A stretch of DNA of 64,000 bases from Camelus dromedarius. Lineage: Eukaryota. Location of the stretch: contig NC_087436.1 in NCBI RefSeq assembly GCF_036321535.1, positions 75,146,001 to 75,210,000 on the forward strand, given 5' to 3'. Below are positions 1 to 11,491 of the stretch, piece after piece (positions within the stretch are counted from its first letter, which is position 1; the number at the start of each line of letters is the position of its first letter). The position numbers and the translations under genes were made by a program. Below the pieces are notes generated by a model. The model saw nothing but the letters and a program-made list of their open reading frames with translations, had not been told where the DNA came from and searched no databases.

Positions 1-877
1 AGCAAAAAATATATAATTCTATTCTAAACCTCTCCAGTTTTTTTTCCAATTTTAGTGAAAGAAAGAAAACAAAATACTACTTAGCATTTTTGAAACAAAT
101 ATTTTGTTACTGTATTTCTGATTTTGTATAGCACTTTACAATTCACAAAACTTTTTGATGTATAATCAGCTCATTTGAGCTTTACAACAACATTGTTTCG
201 AAGAAATCAAAGTTATATCACAACTGTCATTTTTAGCAGATAAGAAAACTCAGAGATGCCAAATGACATCTTTAAATTCACAAAATCTGCTTATACGTGG
301 CAGATCTATGTCACAAATTTGGTCATTCTTACCTTAGGGCATGATTCTTCTGCCTCTTCATGCTATACATGATTTCTCCAGGCTATTTCTATTTACATTT
401 AAATGTGAGTTTAATTATGTTGAAACTTCTGAACCACAACCTCTATTGTGAAAATTAGTATAGATTATGTGGTCATCTAGTAGGACTAAACATTTCATCA
501 TTTTAGAATCCAGATCTTAACAACTGCTAATGCAGATGGTGCTTCTTGCAACATAGGAGCTGGAGAAACCCTGGCAATAGTCTCTTTAGATCCAAATGAT
601 TGCATTGGATCCAAAGAAAAGCACTCTAATGAGCTATATTTTGAAGACTGCATTAGAATGAGAACACTTACCTGATTGTTTATGTCAATGAATTATTACT
701 AATTATTGAAATATTGGGGAGTTAAGGGCTACTGTATTATTAAATGAATATAACAATGCTCAGACTCTTCATTCAAATGAAATTCTGTGGAAGAAGATCT
801 ATCTCAGTGACACAACATTGGAGCAGCTCCAATTTCTTTAAGTCAAGGTAAATGAATAGAAATCATCAGAGAGGTCT

Positions 878-1925
878 ATTTTAATTGAGATATAATTAAC
901 ATATTAGTTTCAAGTGTGAGACATAATGATTCAATATAGGTACATATTGCAAGATAATCACAAGTCTAGTTAACATCCATCACCACACATAGTTACAAAT
1001 TTTCCTTTTTATTGTGATGAGAATTCTTAAGATCTCCTATTTCAATAACTCTCAAATATATGATACAGTATTATTAACTGTAGTCACCATACTATATACA
1101 CTATGATCCCAGTACTTACTTATTTTATAACTGGGAGTTTGTACAATTTGACCACCTTCACCCATTTTGCCTCACCCCTACTCCCTACCTCTGGCAACCA
1201 CCAATCTGTTCTCTGTGTCTATAAGTCTGGGGTTTTTTTTCTCTTGTTGGATTCCACATATAAGTGAGATCATGCATTTCCACTGTCTCTAACTTATTTC
1301 ACTTAGTATCATGCCCTCAAAATCCATTCACCTATGTTGTCCTAAATGGCTGGATTTCCTTCTTTTCTATGGCTAGTAGTATTCCAGTGTGTTTATGTAT
1401 ATACCACATTTCCTTAACCATTCATCCATCAATGGACACTTAGGTTGTTTCCATGTCTTGGCTATTGTCAATAATGCTGCAGTGAATATGACTGTGGATA
1501 TCTTTTTGAGTTAGTGTTTTCATTTCCTTCAGATGAACGCATAGAAGTGGAATTGCTGAATTATGTGGTAGGTCTATTTTTAATTTTTTGAGGAACCTCC
1601 ATACTGTTTTCCATAGTAGCTGCACCAATTTACATTCCCATCAAGAGCGCACAAGGGTTTCTTTTTCTCCACATATTCGTCAATCCCTGTTATTACTTGT
1701 CTTTTTGATACTAGCCATCCTAATAGGTATGAAGGTGGTTTTGATTTGCATTTCCCAAATGATTAATGATATAGGGTGCCTTTCCATGTACTTGTTGGTC
1801 ATCTGTATATCTTCTTTGGAAAAACGTCTCTTCGAATCCCCTGCCCATTTTTAACTGAGTTGTTGGGTTTCTTTTTTTTTTTTCTATTGAGTTGTATGAG
1901 TTCTTTGAATATTTTGGATATTAAC
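878..1925 (-). mobile_element. 5'-truncated older LINE-1 (ORF2 end + 3'UTR, L1MA-like)
   Basis: - strand [24 protein letters not shown] is the L1 ORF2 C-terminus, followed by a typical L1 3'UTR. Confidence 0.9.
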
Positions 1926-4900
1926 ATCTTAGAGAGAATTTTCTAATAGAAGGATTAGATGGAAATAATAAACCAAAATGAAGTAACTACGAAATACCTT
2001 ATAATGCATAATCTTCAGAAGTCTTCACTAGTCTCATATGGTGTCTGTTACATAAGACAAAGTCTCCTAAGTCTCTTGAGTGCATAAATCGTGTGCCATT
2101 AGCTGCCTGTTATACTGAAAGGCAAACTGCAAATCAGCCAATGTTAAACAAATTTTTAAAAACGCTTTCTTTCCCATGTTTTTCACATAATACCAGACCA
2201 CAGCTAACAAAAAAATTTCTTTCCAAAATCTATTTTTAATATAGTGTCTAACAGCCTATTTTTATATCCTGGGTGTTTATGAATTGAATGTTTTTCACTC
2301 AGGGAGTACAACAATGACAAAATCAGGTAAGGAAATTCAGTAAGGTCATTTACGATGTGGCTTAAAATCTCTGCCAGCTATTATTTCTGTTATGTTTTTA
2401 TCCCTACAATTATACATTTGCAGACTAAGATGTGGCATAAGGCAAAGAAAACATTAGAACAGAAATATATCGACATCAATTTAATCTATCATATAACTAG
2501 AACAGAGCCTGATCCTTGATACTAAAAAAATACAACAGGCTCTTCATGTATTCCTAGAATTTAGCAATGGATTTTGTTCCAGCTGTTGGAAAGTTTTTTC
2601 ATCTAAAACATACGAGCAGTTTATATGGGGCATATAGAAGTGTTTTAACTCAGAAACAAGACTTAGTTGTTAAACTTGCCTTTGATATCTCTTGTACATT
2701 GCTTTATTTTTCTGCTCTCAGCAGTAATTTCTTGAAAGTCATAAAGGATTGTTAAGCACCTAATCATGCTACATTTTGTATATTTATCTTAAAGTGTTGT
2801 CTTCCTTCAAATTTTGCTTCATTTTCTCAAGGAGCTTACATCTCCTGGAAGCATCTTTCCATGTTGTAGTACCCTAACCTGGATACAGACCCAGGTCCTG
2901 AATTGACTCTGCTTAACTGGCCAGCTATGTAATTTTGGAAAAATCTTTTTACCCCTAGGACCTCAATTTTTCTTATGTATAAAACGAGAAATTTGGCCTT
3001 GATGTTTCTCAGGCCAAATATTCATTTCCTAATATTCTTAATATTCTTCTTAAATATTCATTAACCTAGAACAGATGTTCAAAAATACTCATTGAATGAA
3101 TAAATATTAGCCTATTTTTCACATCAGTGCTTGGCCAGAAATATGAGGTCTCTCAGACATCAGCTGAATGCAAGTAAGTTTCAGACAATGGGTATGATTC
3201 TCAGAGTGAAAAAAAGTTATTCTCTACCTCTTAAAGTAGATTTTACCAATATAGCTTACACTTGTGGGCATTTGGAAGAAACTTATTTTCATTCAGTTCT
3301 CTCTCTTCACAAGCATTTCATTATTTGATTATACCCAGAGATTTTTGTGTGCCTAAATTTTTCAAGGGATAGACTATATTCTTGGTGCATAGTAGGTGTC
3401 CAATAAATGTTTGTTGAATGAATACATTAAATCAATTTTAACCTTTTTCTATTTTGAAATCAGAATTACTTTAAAAATAGAAGGATGGTAGTTCAGGCTC
3501 TGAAACGGTTTTTTCCCCCTAGTAACTTAAAAGATTTTATAATAATCTTTAAAAATTATCTTTAAAAATTCCCTTCTTATTTTCAGGGAATAGTTTATAT
3601 AATAAAAAATCTGATTTAACAAATAAATTGTATATGATCTTTCAATTTCTAAAGGAATTATTAAATAAGCATTTCACAGTGACAGGTCTCTTTCATATTA
3701 TTTAATTAGCTTTTCCTCACGTTTACTTCTCTGGTGCTATTATCTGAGTTGAAAAAAAGTGATTAAATAAATGAGTAGACGGATGAATAAGTGCTTTGCT
3801 TAACATCCCAAAGGCAAGAAATGGCAAAGGCAGGTTAGTGTTCATTGACCCCGTCTCCCCAGAATACTGTTTGGTCCCCTGGGCCCCGATGTCTCCCCAG
3901 AACAAAGAGGTAGTATTGCAATGCTTTTGTTCCATGGCAGTAAACAAATGGGTCATTGGTTGTAGTAAATGCTTGACAGGAAAAGATGAAAGACGAGGCC
4001 AAAGAAGAAATGTCTGCTTACTGCAGGTACAGTTTAGCATCTTGGTTTATAACTTATCTGTAAGAAATGTTATGATTGCCATTAGTAAGTCTTTGCAGGC
4101 TTTAAATATACAAACTCACCTCTCTTCCCCAGTGCCAAAAGATAATTTCCTGCTGTTCTGTGCCTGGGAAGAGAGAGAATGAAAAAAGTTAAAATGGATC
4201 TGAAATACTGACCTTTCTTTGCTATGTTTTGTTGAATTTCACATTTAAAAATTGGAAGAATGGTTCTTACTAAAATATATATATGTATCAGTATTGATAA
4301 ATACACTTTGAAGAAAGAAAGGGAAAAGTAAGATTTTGGCAGTAGGTCAGCTTTTACTAAACCTACTTTCCTTTCTTTTTTTTTTCCTTATTACATTTTT
4401 ATTGAGTCTCTTCCTGTAGTTTTTTGGAACTAAACTAGTTGCTGCAGAGGGAAACTTGTTTGTATGCACAAATGAGTGTTTTCTCCACTTCTTTTGATGT
4501 TCATATGAATTTTTATTAAATTTCTTTGGCTTTGGATATTTACCTCTCTTGATCTTTTGTGTTCTGAACAGCATTTTCCCTTCCATCTATTATTCATGTG
4601 AATTAGGCATTCCCAGTTTCATTTACAAACTGTGGGGGAAATTAAGTTTTCCTTTGTGTCATGAAGCTCTCAGAGCACAATCCACTCTTGATGAGTGCCA
4701 GTTATGCCTGGTACCTATCCCAGTCTAAGCACCAGCACAGGTGCTTGGCTGACACAATGTTGAATTACAGCTCTTGACTAATAGACACAAAATCTCTATT
4801 GTTTCACAGTCCTATTTGGAAACACAAATGTTCTTTAAATAATTTGGTTTGGGTTTTTTTTTTTTTTTTCTATTCCAAACGTTTTCTTCACTTATCTGCC

Positions 4901-5778
4901 TCTCTGAAATATTTGACAGTGTTATGTCTCAGTTTAACCATTCATAAGTGTGCATTATTATTGTGCTGGCTTTAATTCCCTACTAAAATATTTAAATATA
5001 CTTGAGATATTATTAATATCCATTTACAGTGTTCTTTTGATTATTAATATGGAACAAATCCTGCTGGATAACATTATACAAAACAATGGTTTGATTTACT
5101 AAAAGTAAACCGAAGTAATGAAAATTCCTACCCCTCGGGCTTGTGCATAATTTTAAATGTCAAAGATCTGCTAAGAAAAATCAACTATATTCTACTCCCA
5201 GGTAATTCGTTACAATCAGAAATGAAGAAAAAATTGAAATGCTTTTATTTAAATATTGTTACAGCATTAAATAAATTTATCTTGAGTTTCAAATACAGAA
5301 ATCCCTATGTAACAAAGGCTTAACCTACTTCCAGACTTTTGTTTGGGAAAAGAGCATTTAGAAGTAATTACTTTTTAGTACTGTTGCATTATTAAGTTTT
5401 ATTTGTTCTGATTTTAAAAAGAATGTGGCAGATATCACTAACTTTCATGAGTGTCAAAGGAGCTTTGTGATGAAGTTATTACTGTTTCTCCCTTAGTCTT
5501 TATTAAAATCCTTTGCTCCTCAAGGATTACAGCGGTAAACCAACTCTTTAGCCTAGCTGGTCAGAGCTGCTCTTTCTGGTGGGTTTCCCTCAGGTCTTCC
5601 CTAGTTTCCAACATTCTAGACCATTTCCTTTCCCAGAATCCTCTCTGACAGTTCCTGCTTTTAGAAATGCCAAACTCCACGCAGAATCCCTGTACACCTT
5701 GACATTCCATTAGGAGCTCAGTTGTGAAAGCCTCCCGAATGCTAACCTTCTTTCCAGTTAGTTGAAGTTCCTCTTGGG

Positions 5779-5905
5779 CAGTGGTTTTCTAAGTGTGGTC
5801 CCCTACAAGCTCACCTGCTGGACCTACTGAATTTCAAAGTCTGGGGTTGGGGGCCTATTGTGAATTTCTGGTGATTCTGACCCACAGTCTTTAGGCAGAA
5901 ATCCA
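5779..5905. mobile_element. MER5-like hAT-Charlie fragment
   Basis: CAGTGGTTTTCTAAGTGTGGTCCC...GACCTACTGAAT...GGTGATTCTGA resembles MER5A. Confidence 0.55.
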
Positions 5906-6374
5906 CTAATCGCCGTCTGAATACCTTCAGACTCTCACTTGTTTTCACAGCAAGTGCTCAATATGAAACCAGTCCTAAACAAACAAGTAAAACAAAAACA
6001 GTTGCCTAGAATTGGTTAACTAAAATAAACTAATCTTAAGCTAATTTTCCCAGAGCTAATTTACTTAAAGATCATAGCTGTTAGTGACCAATTTACCCAA
6101 AATTTAGCCTCTTTTGAGTATTTTTCACTGCCTTATCAAGTTTCCACGCCTACACATTCTTTAAGCCACTAATGAAAGCTCTGCTTTCATTCCAAACATG
6201 AGATTCTCCAGACTTTGGCTTAGTCTTTTTCTCTTCTTCGTTCCTATAGTGAGTTAGCAGCAGGTTTCTGCCTTATATAACATTATGTATTTCTTGTGAG
6301 AAAAACTGTCTTACATTTTCGTCATATGCCTTGTGCATAATAGACATTTGACAAATGACTATTGATTTCAATGA

Positions 6375-6670
6375 CAGTACAATGCAATAGTTGAGAGTGT
6401 AGACTGGAGGCAAATCTTGTGTTCAATTGCCATCCCCTTTACTTACTAGCTTTGTGACTTTGGGTATGTTTTTAAATACTACTCTATGCCTCAGTATCCT
6501 TATCTATAAAATGGGCATAATATAATATTACTCACCCCATAGGGTATCATAGGATAAAATGACATATATGTCATAGAATAATGTCATAGATTAAAATTTT
6601 TAAAAATGTATATATAAAGTGGCTAGAACAGGGCCGGGCATGATGTGTTATACAAGGGTTAGTTATTACC
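6375..6670 (+). mobile_element. MIR SINE
   Basis: MIR core ACTTACTAGCTTTGTGACTTTGGG...CTCTATGCCTCAGTATCCTTATCTATAAAATGGG. Confidence 0.8.
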
Positions 6671-7574
6671 TCTTTAGTTTCTAAATCCTAGTTCTGCTTT
6701 TACTCAACTATCTGTTTATGTGTCTTCATTTTCTTTTCAATATTCCTTCTTATTTTACTCCCTCTGCCTCATTTGGATTCAATAGGGTAACTAATTTTGT
6801 CACAAAAATTAAAATATCACCACTTTTTAAACATTAAGATATATGCTTTAAGAACTGTTCAGATTAAGTTGTCAGTAACAAATTCAAGACAAAAATGCCC
6901 ATTTTCCTCCAGTCTATGGAACATTCCATACTTAATATACTTGCAGTTAAGTGTTTAAAATTATATTCTGTATCTCTATACTGCTAGTATTGGAACTAAA
7001 GAACTTTCAATACAGCAAATGCTTAATGCTTATATAGTTGTGGATTTGTTGGCCTTTATGTAATAATCTGTATTATATCATAACAGGAAATAAGATAAGA
7101 GTTACACAATATATGCCTTAAAAAGCCTATTTCTTAAAGCTGTTACAAGGGGATAATGGTATTTCAACTAGTTATCAGCAAGTGACAATAAATTCCACCA
7201 CAAATGTAGCTCTTTTTCTTCTAGCTTTTAACTTTTATGGAAAAACTAGGTGCTTCAGAGTTTGGGAAAGGAGAAGGCAACACTACACTTGTGTTGTGGA
7301 TGAACTGAAAACTCTGCCTGCTTATTTTTTAAATATTATTTTCAGGTCTTTTGCTTACCAAAGAAGGCCCTATTTCACTCAAAAAAAATTTTTTTGAGAA
7401 CATGTTATAAGAAATGTGTTTAAATAAATGAAAAGTGTAAAAAAAAAGATGTATGCTTTAAACAGTTCCTATTCTCTGATCAAGTAGCTGTTTTTCTAGA
7501 ACTCTATCTTTTTTTAATAATAAAAGAACTTAGCAAAATCTATGAACAAAAATATTTATTTTAGCATTAACAAT

Positions 7575-7960
7575 AGTTGAGTTTACATATTTTGGTACAT
7601 CTTTTACCAGATGTGTGGCTTGCAAATATTTTCTCCCAGTCTGTGGCTTATGTTTTCATTCTGTTAATATATCATTCACAAAGCAAATTTTTAAATTTTA
7701 ATAAAGTCCAACTTATCAATCTTTTCTTTCATGGATTGGGCCTCCATTGTTTTATCTAACATTTCCTCACCAAAACCAAGGTCACCTAGATTTTCTCCTA
7801 TGCTTTCTTCTAGAAGTTTTATAGTTTTGTGTTGCACATGTAGGGCTATGTTCCATTTTGAGTTAATTTGTGTAAGGTGTAAGGTATGTGTTGAGGTTTA
7901 TTTTTTCTACATACAGATGTTCAATTATCCCAGAACTATTTATTGAAGAGACTATTTTTT
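7575..7960 (-). mobile_element. Old L1 ORF2 fragment
   Basis: TTGCAAATATTTTCTCCCAGTCTGTGGCTT...TTTTCTCCTATGCTTTCTTCTAGAAGTTTTATAG, typical antisense L1 ORF2. Confidence 0.8.
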
Positions 7961-8454
7961 CTATGAGTTCAGCTTTTTTCTCTTTTTTAAAATTGAAGCA
8001 TAGTTGATATACAATATTATATGTTACAGGTATAAAATATAGTGATTATACATTTTTAAAAGTTATACTCTACCATTTTGTTGCTTTTAATATCAAATTC
8101 TATCCTTTTTCTCATGAGAAAACATTCTTTTTTTATAGTGTGGTTCAATATTTTACCTCTTTTGACAGAAGAAATCTTATCTAACTTAGCTAAATCCGTG
8201 GTCAGTTAATCATAAAATGATAACTACATACCTTAAACTTTTTTTCATTTAAAATATATAGAACTCATTCATTTGCTAACCTCTTCTTTGAGTATGGATC
8301 TGCTGATTATTGTTCTAAATTTTTTCCCATAAAACACATATGTAATTCATTGCCTATGATATCCAATGTTTTCAGCTAGAACTCAGAGTTCATAGGTTTA
8401 AAACTGGGCTCCACCATATAATTATCTAGGGCATTTTTTTTTTTTTGTCTGTGA

Positions 8455-8695
8455 TTCTTTTTTAATTGAGGTATAGTTGATTTACAATGTTGTGTTCATT
8501 TCTGGTGTACAGCAAAGTGTTTCAGTTATACATATATACATACTTTTCAGATTCTTTTTCATTTTGGGTTATTGTAAGATATTGAATACAGTTCTCTGTG
8601 CTATACAGTGGGTCCTAGTTGTTTATCTATTTTATATATAGTAGTTTGTATCTGCTAATCCTAAACTTCTAATTTACCCCTCCCCTCCTCCCCAG
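8455..8695 (-). mobile_element. L1 3'-end fragment (artiodactyl-type)
   Basis: TTAATTGAGGTATAGTTGATTTACAATGTTGTG...GTTCTCTGTGCTATACAGT...CCCTCCCC. Confidence 0.8.
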
Positions 8696-9711
8696 AGCAT
8701 CTTACTTAACCTCTCTGAGCTTTAATTTCGTCACCTGTGAAATAAGAGTAATAATAGTACCTGCCTCACAGAAGAATGAAATGAGTTCATATATATTAAT
8801 CACTAGAATATTTGTCCGGCAGATAGTACAGGTATTTGCATTAAAGTAGAACAAGAACGTATGACACAATCCAAAGGAAGAATCCTTCTAGATTTTTATT
8901 CTTTTTTCCATATTTTTATAGTTACCTTGTAACAAATTTGGCAGCAATGGTTTTTAGCCAGCTTTGCTTTATCAAGTCTTTCCAAAGCACTCACTTTTAA
9001 TTTTCAAAAAGATTTTTTTCTTTCTTATACATGTAGTTCATCCACAAATATAAACAGGTTTGGAAAAACAAGGAACTATTAAGTAAGTATAAAACTCAAG
9101 TTTTGTAAAACTTTAGTGGGAGAATTGGTGGGCAGACTGACGGAGAGATTACTTGCCAAGTTTCAAGGTACTGTGGGAACTAGTCTACATGTTTACTGAG
9201 GCACTGGAAAGGTTTTTTTATTTGGTTAATTGATTACAGGAAGTTGGTTAAAAAGATGTGTACTACAAACCTAACAAGACCATCTTTTCTTTATTATTAT
9301 TTTTAAGCCAGCAGTGACTAGACCACAGCAAAGGTTAAATGGGCACTGTGAGATGCTCCAGTGAGAAACTAGTCCTAAAAGTTCTGCACTTTCAAAATAA
9401 GTGTCAAGTTTTTCTCAGCAATGGAGGTTTTCTTCAGAGCATTACATCCTCAGTGCAATACTGACTTAATAAAGTAAGTAAAGTGCTCATTATATTATAA
9501 TGTTAGAGGTCAAGTTTTAGAAAATGGGTTGGAATGGAGTGGACAGGCTTCAAACAAGAATTCTGAGCTTGGGATTAAAAAAAAAAAGTCTTAGTCTGCA
9601 CTGTGTTCTATTCTGCAGCATATACAACTAACTCAAACTGGACAAAACCCACTACAAGGGTCAAATGAAAAGAACTTTTAAGAATTCATTCATTTAGAAA
9701 ACTTAGTTGAA

Positions 9712-9812
9712 GGGGGAGGGTATAACTCAATGGTAGTGTGCATGCTTAGCATACACAAGGTCCTGGGTTCAATCCCCACTACCTCCATTAAAAAAAAAGT
9801 TAAAAAATGTAT
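9712..9812 (+). mobile_element. tRNA-Ala-derived SINE (Vic-1-like, camelid)
   Basis: GGGGGAGGGTATAACTCAATGGTAG...GCTTAGCAT...GGTTCAATCCCC with A and B boxes and an A-rich tail. TSD AAAACTTAGTTGAA (9698-9711) vs AAAACATAATTGAA (9813-9826), 12/14 identical. Confidence 0.85.
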
Positions 9813-10526
9813 AAAACATAATTGAATGAGCTCAGACTAATTTACTGAAAGCCAGTGTACCTAAACCAGTTTGACTAAGAGTTTCTAATGTGTTCAAAAG
9901 TGTATAAAATAGAGAAAGACACCATCAGGATGCACAACATCCAGCCACTTCTAAAAAGTAGCAAATTGTACAATCATTAAATATACACGGTTCAGATAGA
10001 AAGGCCCTTAGGTGAACTGCTTAAAATATAAAAGGCAAATGGACCTTATCTAAGAATTTACTTGGATGCTTACAAGTGATAATTTCAATTTTTTGGCCTG
10101 GTATTTCTGCTAATGGAACAATCATTAAGTGGTCCGTTCTTTAGCAATTGCCCTATTTCTCATTCTGACAGACTCTAGAGGACACAGTTTGAAAAGAAGT
10201 GGATTAGAGGTTGCAAATTCAAGTGTCTGCAGAGTCGAGGCAGACACTGTGAATGAGTGAAATGCCTCAAGAGGCGATACAGAGGGATGACGATGGTGGT
10301 GTCTGATGCCCCAGCTAAAAGGTGCAATGCATTCTCCTCCTTCATGTTGGGTCACGACCATGTGGAAAGATGGGCCTGGTATGGCTTGGCCTGTTGATTT
10401 TTTTCAAAAGATGAAAAAAGTCTAGGTTTTTTAGCTTAGTTGTCAGTTCAATTAAAAAAATTGTGGGCCAATACTGTATTAACAATGCATATTATCTCTG
10501 AGAATTCATATTTCTCCTTAGGAGAT

Positions 10527-10591
10527 GCGTGTGTGTGTCTATGTGTGAGTGTGCACTTGCGTATGTGTGTGTGTGTGTGTTTGTGTGTGTG
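10527..10591. repeat. Interrupted (TG)n microsatellite
   Basis: Seen directly in the sequence. Confidence 0.9.
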
Positions 10592-11121
10592 ACCTAATAG
10601 TTATCTGCTAGACAACTGAAACAACAAAGAGGCATTATTGTGATTGACACTAGAAGGAAAAGTTAAAGAGAATTGGACTGTACTGCCAATGCTGTAGGGG
10701 ACTGTTCTATAGTCCTTGGAGAGGGCTAATGGACATTAAAAACTATCTTGATGGAGTCTCCAGGGCATTATTCTTGGCTGAATAACTCCAAATATTTGCT
10801 ATGTATTGTATTGGAAGGGCTGTAAGTCATGGGGTAAGGCCATCTCTTTTAAGTACTGAATGAGCTGCAATAAAGACTGGTGTAGCATTGCGCCTTGGAA
10901 GTAAGTATGAAAGTTGTGTTCTTACAGTAAAACATAGACCTCAGGACAGAGTTAAGAACAAAAGTCAACTATAAGAGGACCCACAGTGAATGGTTTGACT
11001 TCTTGCCTGCGTTGCCTTTGAACTATGGAAATTGTGGTTAATAGCATAGTGTTAAAAATTCTCACCAACACATAAAATTATCTTTGTGTATTCCGCCTAA
11101 TTAAAGTCTGGTCTAGCAATA

Positions 11122-11491
11122 CAGTTGGCCCCCCATATCCGAGGATTCTGCATCCACAGTTCTGCATCGTGGTTCAACCAACTTCAGATCAAAAATATTT
11201 GAAAAAACAAAAATGGAAACTCCAGAAAGTTCCAAAAAGCAACACTTGAAATTGCAGTGCTGGCAATGAGACACAGATCATTTACATTGTACATATAACT
11301 ATTTAAACAGCATTTACATTGTATTAAGTATTGTAAATAATCTAGAGATGATCTAAAGTATACCAGAGGATGTGCATAGGTTATATGCAAATACTGCAGT
11401 AAGCCATTTTATATGAAACTTGAGCTTCATCAGATTTGGGGTCTGAAGCAGGTCCTGGAACCAATTCCCCACACATACCGAGGGACAACTG
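11122..11491 (-). mobile_element. MER2-like TcMar-Tigger MITE
   Basis: TIRs CAGTTGGCCCCCCATATCC ... ACCGAGGGACAACTG, flanked by TA on the left and TG on the right. Internal sequence matches recalled MER2 (GCATATAACCTATGCACATCCTC...ATCATCTCTAGATTA). Confidence 0.85.

Noticed and set aside
3723..4306. Overlapping 74-128-aa ORFs
   Set aside because: AT-rich intergenic sequence with non-ATG starts and no recognisable protein similarity.
9712..9787. tRNA-Ala(AGC) gene (also 42365-42439, - strand)
   Set aside because: Stems are degenerate, and both have an A-rich tail and TSDs, so they are SINE copies and not tRNA genes.
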